DNA of 61,850 bases, filler included, from Dirinaria sp. TL-2023a (lineage: Eukaryota), in the NCBI GenBank assembly GCA_051941275.1. It is 5 parts of 5 records of this genome, joined end to end, with 100 filler letters (N's around TTAATTAATTAA, not from the genome) between each part and the next. Parts side by side here need not be neighbours in the genome. Positions count along the whole stretch, not along the records: positions 37,183 to 49,472 come from JAVEBF010000777.1; positions 49,573 to 61,850 come from JAVEBF010000778.1; 3 more parts are not named here. One strand, 5' to 3'. This document shows, in pieces, positions 37,183 to 50,121 of this stretch. Each line of letters starts with the position of its first letter. Position 1 is the stretch's first letter. A model generated the notes under the pieces. It saw nothing but the letters and a program-made list of their open reading frames with translations. It searched no databases and had not been told where the DNA came from. The position numbers and the translations under genes were made by a program.

Positions 37183-38046
37183 GTTGGCGTTGGGGTTTCA
37201 CTTACGGATGGGGATGAATTCGGGTGCGAGGGCGGAGAATGTCCAGGCTTTTTCGGGGGATATGTCGATTGGGGGGATATCATCAGTGGCTGGGAGAGCG
37301 TTGTCATCCTTCTTCGCATCAGGCTCGGATCCTTCGGAAAGCACGGGTGAGAGTTGAGTGGTGAGCTGCTTCTTCACTCCAACAGTGGATGTTTTGCCGT
37401 TGGCTTTATGATCGAACGGATTCTTGGATGTGGCTCGAGCTGCTGATGAGCTTCGGAAAGAGGATATGAGCGTCACTGGCACTTTTGGTCTTGGTATACC
37501 GTTGTAATGACGGATTTCGTTTCGCTCGATCGCTGTTTGACAAGCTCCCTGAATGATGCGCCTGTTCTTCTCCCTACAGCCGTTTTTGCCTGGTGTGTAA
37601 AGAGTAGAATCTTTGCTCGGCGTTGCTGCTGTCGAAGCTGCAACAGGAGTTTCTGTGAAGGTTTCTTCAGGTCTCTTCATGCTTGGATCAGTGGAGGAGT
37701 CGGTCGAGCGTGAATCATTCAGCAATTCCGCTTCCTTAGTGTCAGAGGTGTCAGGAGTGTTAATGTCTGGGTCTTCTATGGCACTTCCATCTGGATTCTT
37801 CAAATCCTCCTGGTTTGATGCTTCTTCCGGACGCGGAAGAGTGCTTTCTGATTCCTGGCCTCCATCGTCAGCTTCCGTAGGGACATTGCGGTTTTCAAGG
37901 CTGGCAGAGTCAAGTTCATCCCGAAATTCTTCCTCTGCAGATAGATAGACAGACTCGTCAGAAGATTCAGTATCTGACATGCTGCTTTCGTTCACTCCCA
38001 TAGTTAATCTCAGGGGTTCAGGTTTCTGGCTGGTAGTATTCACCAC
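37183..38046 (-). CDS. Acidic low-complexity hypothetical protein, 3'-truncated (start uncertain; ATG at 38001)
   Basis: 282-aa open frame rich in S/E/D/T, ending at a GTAAG donor (~37205) just before the contig end. Contains PAM2-like FSALAPEFIP. Confidence 0.55.
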
Positions 38047-38514
38047 ACAACCGAGATGACGCTAACTTAGCGCTTCACCTGGACTCTAGATGTGCACACG
38101 AATGTGCATTTTTCTTTGAATTCCTCTTTCAAGGAAAAGCCGCAGCCAGGGAGACTGCCAAAGGGATTGCAGATACATGTCGACCCTGTAAAGATGTTTG
38201 AACCTTGGCGATCAATCAAATCAGGAGCAAGCGGTTCATGGTGTGATCATCCAAAGCACCAATTGTTATCACCTCCCTGTCAACACTCTCGAACGCCAAA
38301 GTTCTGTAACAAGGCTGTTGTTTTACTGGTCTTACTAGAATGGAAAGATCAAACCGTGTTGCGTGGCCAAGCTATGTTAAACCGGCATGCCTTAACGTCG
38401 AGGGATGCCAAAGCAGACATGGAAAGGTGTGAGAACACAGGCCTTGAAACAATGGAGTAATGCTATAAGGTTTGATACCGTCCCTGGCCTTACGCTAAAA
38501 CACAGCATTCATCC

Positions 38515-40176
38515 TCAGAATTTTCGTTTCTTCTTATTTCCAATTTTACCTCTACTTTCTAGCTCTTCTTGCAATCGCTTTCTATTCCTATCAGCCTGTT
38601 CTTCGGTGATTTGGCGAGGAGACCGTGGCTGGTGTCCCGGCTGGGGCTTCGTATAAAGCGGACTGGCAACATCGCCCTGCTTCGAGTTCCGAGCCCCTGA
38701 GATCTCCGCGGACTCCAGTTTTCCAACTGTACTCCCGGTATCTGAGCCTGTATTGGGAGTACTTTCCCTGTTTTGGACCTTGGCTGTTTCGCTTTTAGCA
38801 TTCACTATTTTATTTCTACCACCAATTTTTCCAAGTCTATGTTTCGGCTTGGCAAGTCCTGACAAACCTTGGCGCTGAAATCCATTAGGTGAGTTGTCTT
38901 CAGATTCCCCTCTTTTCAGAGTCGGTTTCTGCCTTGAGCTTAGGCCTGTGGCGTAATCTGATGATTGTGGGCTAGAGCTGCTGCGGCTCCTTGCTGATAT
39001 ATTCGCCAATCTTTCAATACGGCTGGAGGACGCGTCCACAGGTTCGGCAGGCTTGTAGGAAGACTTTGATTTCCCGGATGTCTCAACCAAATTATCCTCG
39101 TCACTTTCTTCTGTTGTACTAGGATCACCTATCCGATCAACTCCTTTCTTCTCGGCAAGAGACTTTTTTGTTTGTGGCTCGCTTGGCAAGACGTTCTTTT
39201 TGAGCTGTGGCGGAGTAGACTGTCTCTAAAAAAACATCAGTTCATGCTGGCGATTGCATTCCTATATGGTCGGGGCGACTGTTCTCACTTCAAAGTCGTC
39301 GGCTTCTGCTAGCTGGGCCTGATCAGAATCTACTGCCTGAGCATCCTTTAATGAACGTTTTGGTAGGGCTTGTGAAGATGTAGCTTGGTTATGAGTCAAA
39401 TTTCGCCACGAGGAACCACCTTCATTGAAAGACAGGTCTGGATTTTGCGACGACGCCAAATCCGATTCAAAGACTGAAGATAAAAGTGTTCCAACATTGC
39501 GATTAGCAGCAGGGGCAGAAGAAGAATGATGACGCCAATGGTTTTCGTCGAAGTCCGAAAGCCCTTTAACGGACTTCCCCAGCGCTTCTCTCGCGTTGAG
39601 CTTTGATCCGATTCGGACCGTCGATGCTCCAGGAAAAAGTCTGGACAGATCGCTTCCGTCAGAAAGGATTTTCTCTGTGAGCTTGCTTATGACATGGTCT
39701 TTCTCTTTGAGATGCTGTAAGAGTGAAGCTACTTGAGCTTGAGCTAAAGAACATTTTCCGAGAGCTGGTAACACGAATTGCTCAGTGAACACAGATGGAG
39801 AGGCTTTTTCCATATGAAGTGGCCATTCAAGTGGAGATAAAGGAGAAGGTAAGGCAACGCAAACATTAAGATTAAGCTCTTCAGGCTCGTCATTGGCAGA
39901 TACTATCATACTTGTGCCTTCACGCCCTTCCAGGGCCTCTCGCACGTGACGTAGCAGCAACTGCATTTGAGTCGCATCTTCGCTGGGATCTATGGAGGTA
40001 TTTAGATTCAAGGCCCGTTTAATAATCTGCTTCCTGCCGAGTGACTCGGCCCAGATGAAGGTCAAATCCGTCACGTAGATCGTATAGCTTGCTGGACCGA
40101 ACTCGTAGCGTGCAAGTAGCGGATGCGGTTCCTTATCAACGATCGTGATCGTGAGTGGTTTCCAGAGCGCGCTCAT
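38515..40176 (-). CDS. XLF/Cernunnos (Nej1-like) NHEJ factor
   Basis: XLF head domain WKPL...LLARYEFGPASYTIYVTDLTFIWAESL...SIDPSED, coiled coil LLQHLKEKDHVISKL, disordered tail ending in basic KKKRKF. Intron 39226-39288. Confidence 0.85.
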
Positions 40177-40610
40177 GTTTGGGTCCTCCATACAGCATCT
40201 GATACATGAAGGCCAGGGAAGGAGAGGGATGACTTGGATTAGATACGGCGCTGAGAACCGCGCGCAGTAGCGGTCATCAGTGTCATTGCCATTCACAATA
40301 TGGTAGATGATTGTACGCGATAATCAAAGGGTGGAAATATGGCGACTTACTGTAGTGAAATGCCTGTATGTACTGTAGCTCGTCACGTGCTTGTGTAGAT
40401 ACAACTGAATGCTCATGGGGTGAGCATCAGAGTGCGCTAGGCCGAATCAAGGTTTTAACAAGTCACCTTCGGGCATCTGGTCTGAGGCCCGATGCGGGTT
40501 AGTCACTGCTTACCTTATCACTACGAGCCTTGGCACCATCCGCAACTCGGATGTTGTAAAATCGTGCTCTGGTCGTTGAATGCTCAAGGCAGCCAGATCT
40601 ACGCCTCACC

Positions 40611-42441
40611 ATGGACACTCCTCCAAACCGCCTCAAGAGATCCTCTCCGGCACCTGCACCCTGGCAGCAGCCAAACAAAGACCATCGGCGTAGCAGCATA
40701 CAAACTGGACCTCGTACTGTACGTAATGGGGAAGACGACTTGGCGAGAAGGAAAGAGCAAGAGAGTTTCACGAAGAAGCAGACGCGTCTCAACCAAATAC
40801 AGGAAGCGGAACAAATGAGAGAGTGGGTCTCGAAAGAGGATGAATTTGTACTAAAGCAATCCAAAAAGAAGGCTAGGATACGTGTTAAAGATGGGCGCGC
40901 AAAACACATTGACTGGCTTGCTGTTACGTTGAGCGTCTTGGAACCCTCAAGCGACGAACTAGAAGACGATGGTACAGAGTCTGAGATCGAAGTCGTAGAT
41001 CCGACCGCATTAATTGAAGGGCTGAGTCAGCCCCAATTACAAACATTGCTTAAGGACATTGATGCCTACTTGATTTTGGAAACAGCGGGGAGGAATCGAA
41101 GGTACTGGACCGTATGGCTAACTCATGTCTGTGCCTGATCTAGTTGCATACTAACAGGTTAACAGGCACTGCAAGTCTTGTGTCAGGAGCAGTATCGCAC
41201 ATCGGCCCATGTTGTGTCTCACGAACGCTCAGTTAACGCTGTCTCTACCGATGTTGACAAATTACTGCAACCTAAGAATTTATCTGAGTTGAAAGCTTTA
41301 GAAAGTCAAATCAACAGTAAATTGCAGTCGAACGAGCCTATAGATGTAGAGTACTGGGAGCAGCTGCTGCGTAGCATTACGGTGTACAAGGCCAAAGCTG
41401 AACTTGACAATGTTTACAAATCCGTCGTTGATGGTAAACTGCAGCATTTCAAGAGAGAGCAGATAGCAGACGCAGAGCTTACGAAGGAGAAGCTCGGTCT
41501 GCTGTTAGCCGATCGAGGTGCTTTCGAAGCCTTGGAACACGATTTGATTGGACCTAGATTTCAGTATTCACGCTTCCTTGACCCAGAGCCCCACCTGAAA
41601 TTACATGTAGAGGACAAGTCTCTCGAGATCACGACTGAAGAAAACTTCTTAGACCGCATCGTAGGTTTATACAGAGCTTCGTGTGCATAAGAATGTGCTA
41701 ATCCGACACAGATTTTCGAACGGCGAAAGGTTTCGAAAATGGGTTATGTACCTCGAAAGCGGCTGCAGCAGGACAAGCAGTTCCTAGTACCAGCGAGTAT
41801 TTCCATTCAGCCGAGCGCAAAAAGCCATCCAGGGATCTCAGCAACTCCCAGTGAGGATTTCTCCCAAGCTACGACAGCACTCTACGAGCGAGAGGTTGCA
41901 CGAGGCGTCCAGGAAAACGAAGAGATATTTGCGGGTGAAGAGGAGGTTTCGGCATTCAAACCTCAATGGGCAAGCAAGTACAGGCCTCGAAAACCTCGTT
42001 ACTTCAATCGTGTGCAAATGGGCTACGAATGGAATAAATACAACCAAACTCACTATGACCATGGGAATCCCCCACCAAAGGTCGTCCAAGGCTACAAGTT
42101 CAACATCTTTTACCCAGACTTGATCGACAAGACCAAAGCGCCCACCTACCGCATCGAACGCGAGAACGGCCGAAAACGAGGTCAATCGTTCGCACCTGCC
42201 GGCGAAGAAGATACTTGCCTTATCAGATTTGTCAGCGGTCCACCATACGAAGATCTGGCTTTCCGAATAGTGGACAAAGAATGGGATTATAGCGCGAAAA
42301 GAGAGCGTGGTTTCAGAAGCAGCTTTGACAAGGTATTCAAATGTGCAAAACATTCACTCTGGGATGAAGACTTACGTACATTTGTTCCAGGGTATTCTTC
42401 AACTGCACTTCCAATTCAAAAAGGTGTACTACAGGAAGTAG
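40611..42441 (+). CDS. Cactin (spliceosome-associated)
   Basis: EDEFVLKQSKKKARIRVKDGRAKHIDWL, IDVEYWEQLL, KYRPRKPRYFNRVQMGYEWNKYNQTHYD..NPPPKVVQGYKFNIFYPDLID, GPPYEDLAFRIV, final exon GILQLHFQFKKVYYRK*. Three introns (~41112-41167, ~41661-41711, ~42333-42390). Confidence 0.93.
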
Positions 42442-43667
42442 ATGGCTTCGCCGCCAACATAGTAGGCTATACTCCTCAATGCTGTTTTCTTAGTATGAGG
42501 TGCCTATTATATGACGCTCAACCCGCTTATCGGGGGGATAGTGCCAACAGAATACCCATAGACTATGGAAACGCTGGGCGTGTGAAAGGCATGCGGATTT
42601 CCTACTCGGGAGTTCTCATCTCAGCATCTTCCTTTCAAGCTTTTGAACTTGACAAGTAGGCTAGGCATGCCACAATTTGCGACGCCATCAAGGTTAAGGG
42701 GCTCACAGAATCTATGTGCAGTATACGGCATGGCAATTCATCAGATCGTCATGGGTGGGGTGCATGTCCTTTCATTTTCAAACGCACGCCCCCAACATAT
42801 GTGCTACACATACACTTAATCCCAGCAGCTTCCGGTACAAGGAAAGGTACATGTACATGAAGTAGCTCGGCGACTGTCGCCCTGCTGAGGCGCAGCCTAT
42901 CTGAGGCTGACTAATTGTCAAATTACTATGAGTGTGTGAGACCGATGGATCGTGTCATGGCTCTCTATCAAGCCTTTTCGGTACGTGTCCAGCGCCTCAT
43001 CAATACTTCATATCACTATCTGATCAATTCGGCTTTCCAAATGTTCCATGCAGTCTCTAGAAGCCCAAACATACCCACAGTATACGGTTGGGCAGACGGT
43101 CCAATGCAGGCAGCCTTTAGCCAACCAGAACACCTGGATTTCAGGCACCGAAAATCCAATACGCTGGAGGGGCGAGCAGGTAGCCACCCTGTGCAAAACC
43201 GCTAAGGCTGAGGCGCTGTCAAAAACTGAGTGGCTTGCTTCATCCAGTCACTACCATTCCAACACAGGTAATGCGGAATGAAGGGGTAATGATGAGGTTT
43301 GCGCAACGTCACGTACGTCCAGTCAAATTTGGGAAATCCTACGTTTAGCGCCTGCGGCCATAAAATTCTCCGGAGAGTACTTCGCTTTTCCGCTGGCTGT
43401 TTGCTTCTACGGCGCAGACACGGCCTGATGCACTAAGCCCTCTGCCATGAGTTGTCTGGGGGCTGCCGCATGACCGGGACCTATGTTAATTATCCCAGCT
43501 CCCCTTGCGAAATCAGTAAGCTATCTCATATTATCTGCCGTACTGTCTCACAAGAGAGCCCACTTGGTCCTTCACTAGGCTTCTCCTCATTTCGTTGGTA
43601 TTTCTACGACTGAAACACCTGTTTAACATTACAAAGGAAGATATCCCACAGTCTTGTTTCCAGACTG

Positions 43668-45265
43668 ATGATGATGCACATTCACAATAACACTCCTAAA
43701 CCACTTTGTAATGATGAAGACAGCGGGCTTTTTGCTCTATCCGCATCTTCTGACTCACCTTCCGCCGGATTTCGGCCGCTTGGGGGTAATGCTGAAGAGG
43801 TTTTGTCTTCGGAAATGACTCATGCTGTGGATACGGGCTCGCAAAACTGCTGGAACAATGTTCCCTACTATGAAGATGGAGCAATCCTAGCTCCCACAGG
43901 TCCGTTGCTGGACTGGCCATTCCATCAGACTGCGTCAGGATCAGCAAGCCAAAGTCCTACTATGCAACGCGACTGTCCAGGTTCGTTCTTGAGCGGTAGC
44001 TTCCACGACATTCCAGATATTACCTGGGACCAAATGACTCCGGACACAGCTAACCCGTCCACACCCCCTTCACCTTACTACCGCAGTCTCCAAACAGGCT
44101 ACGGACAACAAGTGGAAAGCAACTTCGATCCGAGCGAAAATCATCAATCCAGCTGTGCACCTAAACCCTTTTCAAGACCGTATCAGCCTTTGACAATGTC
44201 TCTACAACACAGATTGCGGAGTCAGAAAATAAGGAACGCTCGACAACAGTCCCCAAAGCTGGACCCTATACTTGGAGAGCATCTTAACTTCTTACCCCAA
44301 GCTATCCCTTCACCTTCCAATGTGCGCAAACCAGACTTCTCGCCTAACCTGGCTTTCACTGCTGCAAGCTCTTTTAATGATGATCGTGGCACTCCGGATT
44401 CGCACCTCGATGAGCCTGATGGTGACGCCACTCCCGGCTCTGAGCCATATGCTCAACTGATCTACCGCGCCCTCAAAAGCGTTCCTACTCATTCTATGGT
44501 ACTCAAAGAAATCTATGAATGGTTTGAGCAAAATACCGATAAACCACAGACCTCCACGTCGTCCAAAGGATGGCAAAACAGTATCAGGCATAACCTATCA
44601 ATGAACGGCGTAAGATTTGTGGCAGCTTACACAATTGCACAAAATATTGGCTGACTGTGAAGCAGGCGTTCACCAAGGTAGACCAGGTCCCGCCTTCTGA
44701 AGATGCAAAGAAGGGATTCATCTGGGTCCTTGCCGAATCAGCACTGCAAGAAGGCGTCAAATCTACGACGAGGTATAGGAAACAGAATCCGAACAAAAAA
44801 AGCTGCCGAACCGAACATCCTGCGCCGCAAAGACAGATATCTGGGGCGAAAGGCGGTAAAGCAGCCAAAAAGTCTGCGTTGTATGCGTGCAAGATGAACT
44901 CTCAAAAGCCGAGGAGGATACCACGAACTGGCAAAGGCTTATCCAGTTATTCCAGAGCTACCCCGGCTACTTCGCCTCTCCTTTCAACCATGGCTTTCGA
45001 AAACCCGCTCCAGGTTGAACCTCGTTACGAACAAGAACCAATACAGCATTATCTCCATACCCCATCAGCGACACCAATTTCCTTAATCTCGGAGCCCAGA
45101 TCGTTCTCAATCAGCGATATCGTAGGTTGCACTGATCTAGGCGATGCTCCGCTATTCTACGACGAGCCGGTGGGCACGCGCGAAAATGGAATACAGTTTA
45201 ACGAACCGACCTTTACACAAAGTGAGAACGATATCGGATACGAGTATCCGGGTGTCGCCATTTGA
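43668..45265 (+). CDS. Forkhead (winged-helix) transcription factor
   Basis: PYAQLIYRALKS...MVLKEIYEWFEQNT...GWQNSIRHNLSMNG / AFTKV...KKGFIWVL. Intron ~44609-44665. Confidence 0.9.
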
Positions 45266-45999
45266 AACGCTAAGGCTCTGTACAATGCAGAATCTCAGTA
45301 TTGGCAGATTTCGGCAATTGTTCCAGCTTAGAATATTCACCAGTTTGCAATGTCTTTTCTAAGCTTTGTAAAAAAAGAAAAAAAAAAAAAAAAATTAGAT
45401 CTCATTTTTCCTTATCTGAAATTTCGACATGCAGCACTACTTGTAGTTTCTGCAGGCTTTTTCGTCCAAGGCGCTTTTGCCAATCAAGAAGTGGTATGCA
45501 TAGAATCAAATCACTTGCAATGATTTTCGGGCTGTCCACTTTGCACAAAACGCGAGTTAGAATGTGATGCTACTGATTATCGCTGCACATCGGCACCTCG
45601 GATTGACATGGGAGTGAGAAGATGTTGGCCTACAAGCTCAGCTAAGAGACAATATCGGTGCACGGACTTAGTAATTCTCAAGCTCATTATCGTCATAGCT
45701 TCCGGTATCAATTACTTGAAACAGCGCTAGGGTGATGACGCGTTTATGAATATACCAAATATCGTCAACATTTCATATCAAACCAACCTGATCAGAAATC
45801 CGTGCCCTGATCGATGCTTCGTCTAAGCTCAGGAGCCCCTTGAGCCTAGTACATGTCACATTCGACATCTCTGCAGCACGCTCGTGGATCTACCGATGCA
45901 GCGATAACTAATATAACACCGGTCTTCATCTTTGACCAGGCACGGCGCACCAAAGCCAAAACTCCAGATTGGTCATTGGAGAGGTAGGGGTAATCGCTA

Positions 46000-48560
46000 T
46001 ATTGTGGCAGACAAGAGGTACTTACAATAGCTGTTTAGAAGCACTGGACCTCTTATTCAGCAAAAGGTATCATGGCCTTAGTACCAGAACGTCACGTCCC
46101 ATAAGCACAAGTCCAGTTATCCGACCAGCCCCTGCGAAAGCGGGAAGGATGTTCATCCTTTACTAGGGCGGTGGAGAAGAGCATGGAGAGCCTGCCTTTT
46201 ACTCCTGGCGGACTGCGGGCAGCCATGTGCCAGCAGCGCGCTAATACAGCGCTCAGCAGTGTCGGTCTGAATCCTTCATCGATCTCAAAGTTAGCTTTGG
46301 AAGCACTTCTTCTGTATTGTCAAGTCCAGGTTCCCCTCTGATAACTTCTCAACTGAGGCAGTCTCCGTACTGAGCACAACGCTACGACTTTTCTGTCATG
46401 CCTTACATGACAGTGTGTTACACGGCAGACCCTCAGTGACGATGCCCAGCTTTCTGCTACCATCTTCTAGTATGGCATCGATCCGACTAGAGTCCAGACC
46501 ACTGCGAACGGATACGCACATGAAGCCAGCCGCATGACGCTAAGAGATGCTCCAATTATAGAGGATGAAACCTGTCATGCTTGCATTATGCAGCTTCTCC
46601 CTGAGCGAATTTCCATGAAGATTTGACGATTATTGGCCATGGCTGACCTTGGCAATAGCCAACCTCCTATCAGCCACGGGAATTATGTCACCTTCTTGCA
46701 GCGCTAGGGCATATTCGAAATACTCCGCGATGGCTCCGTATGCATGAACCTGCTGTTATCACCATCCGTGGAGATACCTTTCCTTCGGGTTCAGAAAGGG
46801 CTACTACGCGAGAGGTTGTCGCTGTCGATCACTATGGCACGCTACCTGCCCCGTTACGCCTTTGACATATAGCGCTACAATTTCACCAGAGCTCTTCTGC
46901 AAGGATCTAGGGTAGGTGCCAAATGTTAGCTAGCTCATAGTTGATGCTCAAGCGTTAACGTACTTGGGCCCATGCTCGATTCAGCCCAGCAGGGACATGG
47001 ATGGTGGCTAGAAGCTCTAGCAGCGAATTTGAATCCAGCAGGAAGTGTCGCAGTGTCCAGCTGTTCCGGCGAAGCAGATAATGCTGGAATCTTCAAAGCG
47101 CACTCCGTGGTAGCAAATGGTCCTCATTACTGCCCATCCTTCACCTCTATCGCTAATAGATCTGATCTGTCATCACAATCAAACCACTCGACAAGCTGCT
47201 CAACGCCAATGCTTGTCGATATCTTATCGGCTAAAGCCATGGAACGAACTCTTCTAAGTATCCCAAAATGGTTGATGATTACCTGTGCATAAATCGTCAA
47301 GCTAGCTCAACGCGTGCATACGCATACCAACCGGATTCTTGCCCGAGAGCCCGCTTCAGTCAAATTCATCTGAGGCTGTCGCCACCCGCGGGAGGATCAA
47401 TAAGCATAAAAGGAGTGGAAAATTGGAATAATTCGAATCCTTGCTTTTGAAGAGAACGAATGATGGTGGAATGCAGCTGTTCCAATGCATCACCCGCAGA
47501 TCCCAACCTGCGAGCCCACCTCGGCCATGAACGAAGCAAAACGAGTCGCTCGCCAGCCAATGATGCAGCATCACCGGCAATGCCCAAAATGGGTATCATT
47601 TCCCTCGTAACGACTTACACGCTAAATACCGTTGACCGTGGACACATTTTCGCATTTGAAGCGTCCTTCGAGCCATGGCACCTGTACCTCTGTCAATTTT
47701 TCGCGGCTAACTTAAAGCTTCTTCCTGAAAAATAAGCTCAATGACCGCCAGGCTCGTCATTTCTCCGGAATCCTTATGAGGCTTAGACGTAACTTGCTCC
47801 TGTGGAGCGCACGCGATCATTCTCGGTCCACAGACGACGAGCCTTTGCATTATCGACTTCAGTCCCAGTAAAGGCTTCTAGCACATATCGAACCAGCGAG
47901 ACCTACCGACCTCCTAGCCATTTAAAGATCATGCAAACGGGCTTGCGGACTCTTGACTATGTTCAACCAAGGACCGTGGCTCGCCTTCTCCTTTCCTACG
48001 GCAGCAGTCGTGCTCCTAAAGTACCTCGCCATACCAACACATCTATGGAAGAGAAATACCTTCTTTATGGGCTAGGCGCGTCCCTCAATATAGCTCGCTC
48101 CTTTCAACAGGGCAGGAGGAGAGAGGAGCGTGTGGTATAATACGATACCAAGCAGATGTTGTTGCGCTATTTCTACGCTTCTAGAAATATTCAGAGAATA
48201 CGCCATCTTCGGCGATGATGCTCAAAGCGCAAGTGGTTAACTCCGAGATACGAACATAGACCCTTTCCAATTCGTGCACGAAGCGCACCGTCAAATCCAA
48301 TTTCAAAGCATTCAGCGTTGCCGTTTTGAGCCTCTACTAAGCAGCGGCAACGATTTTCACCAGGATCTGCTCTTGAACATCGTATGGGGTTTGCCGAAGA
48401 AGAGCACTGTCGCTGACAGCTGCGCAGCCCCTGGAAATGCTATCCGCTTCACATACACTGGTGGCTGCACTGAGGGGGACAGGAGGCCGATCATAAGCTA
48501 CTGGGTCTACAAATTGTCAAGTAAACGTTCTGGCCATCGGTACCCAACAAATCTTCCATG
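46000..48560 (-). pseudogene. Decayed multi-exon gene of unknown family (boundaries approximate)
   Basis: Long protein-like frames with scattered stops: LLRQTPYDVQEQILVKIVAAA**RLKTATLNALKLDLTVRFVHELERVYVRISEL (~48180-48400), RFQHYLLRRNSWTLRHFLLDSNSLLELLATIHVPAGLNRAWAQ|ILAEELW* (~46885-47095) and AIAEYFEYALALQEGDIIPVADRRLAIAKV (~46640-46735). Intact-looking introns at ~46907-46963 and ~47283-47320. Confidence 0.5.
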
Positions 48561-49472
48561 AAGGACCCTCGAGAACGTGCATTTACTGCTCGTAGGTAAA
48601 ACAGATTTGCGCGATTGATTCATACGAACATGCGCTTCTTATAATCTGCCGACTCGGCCGGAATCCGACCGCTTTCAATCCACAACCCACCTCCCTCTAT
48701 AATAGCAGGCGGCGATCATGGTCTTGAAGGGCCCACCTTCCTCATACCATGGATAATTGCCGAAGAAGAACATCATCGCTGTCGCCTTCGCGCGACCCTA
48801 GATACGAGTACAGCTTAGCGTTTCACACATTCTATTGGCTATGACTATATTTACGGACGGGAAGTAGTTACCAGAACAAGTGACTGATGAAGGACGAACA
48901 TAATCGGGTAAAAATCACGCACTACGTGCAGATTGAAGCTCTTAAACCTCAAAGATCCCCCTTCATACCTGGCTAGCACTTTTCTGCTTCTTCTCCTCCT
49001 CCTACAACATCACCGGCAAACCTCTCACTCATCACCGAACGAACCTTAATCTCGCTAGCACCAAAACCCACCTTGAGATCCTATCTAAAAAAAAATGCCC
49101 CACGCATAAAAAGCATAACAGGCACAGCAGCATACAAGTAGTATCAGACAGAACCAACAAAGCGCGGTCGAGTAGATTCTAGCGATGCGCCTCATCGTCG
49201 ACCAACGACAAGCAAAGATAATAAGACAGATATGTGTGATCATACGGAACAATGACTTCCAACGTAATCTTACATTCTTTAAAGCGCGCCTAAGTCTCCG
49301 TTTCGACACTAGACGCTCAAGAAAAGGATGCAACCTTTCTTCTCTTCCCGAACACCACTGGTGCCCTTCATAAAATTGGCCCAACGCATCTCTCCCATGT
49401 TATAGAAACCCAGCTAACAGAAAAAACAGGTGGAACAGAGATACAGTAGTAACATCCTCTACCTCCCTCCCC

Positions 49473-49572
49473 NNNNNNNNNNNNNNNNNNNNNNNNNNNN
49501 NNNNNNNNNNNNNNNNTTAATTAATTAANNNNNNNNNNNNNNNNNNNNNNNNNNNNNNNNNNNNNNNNNNNN
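49473..49572. other. Artificial contig spacer
   Basis: 44 N + TTAATTAATTAA + 44 N. Confidence 0.98.
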
Positions 49573-50121
49573 TTATATGGGTGAGGAACTATGACATTCT
49601 ATCTGGGCCTTCTGCTGGAGGTTTTCCCTTCTCTCTGGGACATTATCATAGCAGGGGAGTGTGGTTCTTTGACTGAAGAGATGGTTGATATTTTTTGTTT
49701 GGGAGCTATGGCATGCTATCTAGGCCTTCTGGGGGGGGAAAGTTTTTTTTCTCTTCGAAGGAATCTGCAGGCTTGAGGGATGTGCACCCACACCTATCAA
49801 TGACTAGCGTTCAAACGTAAGTGGGTTAAGAAAAAGAACCAAGACGTTTTCAAGCAAGTGTTTCATGCCTCCTGTTCACGGTCACAACATGCTTCCGCTA
49901 AATACCAAATTCGGTTCTCGGGAATTTTCAATGCGTATCCGTTGTTTGGATATCGCTGCGCTAAAGGGGTATCAGAGAAGACCTCCTCTTCCTTCGGGGG
50001 AAAAGAAACCAAAATCCATGCTGAAACGCTCCAAATCGCCACTCTAAGTTATTTTCGGCCGTTAAAACCATGTGCTGTGGGAAGTTGAACCTCCCTTCTA
50101 TGGAGCTGCGCAAAGGATGTA

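Noticed and set aside
41739..42659. Extended 306-aa cactin C-terminus in the ORF track
   Set aside because: Read-through of the intron at ~42333-42390; the conserved end GILQLHFQFKKVYYRK stops at 42441.
49085..49384. 99-aa Cys-rich hydrophobic ORF at the end of contig 4
   Set aside because: TTG start, composition driven by low-complexity T-rich sequence, no family motif.
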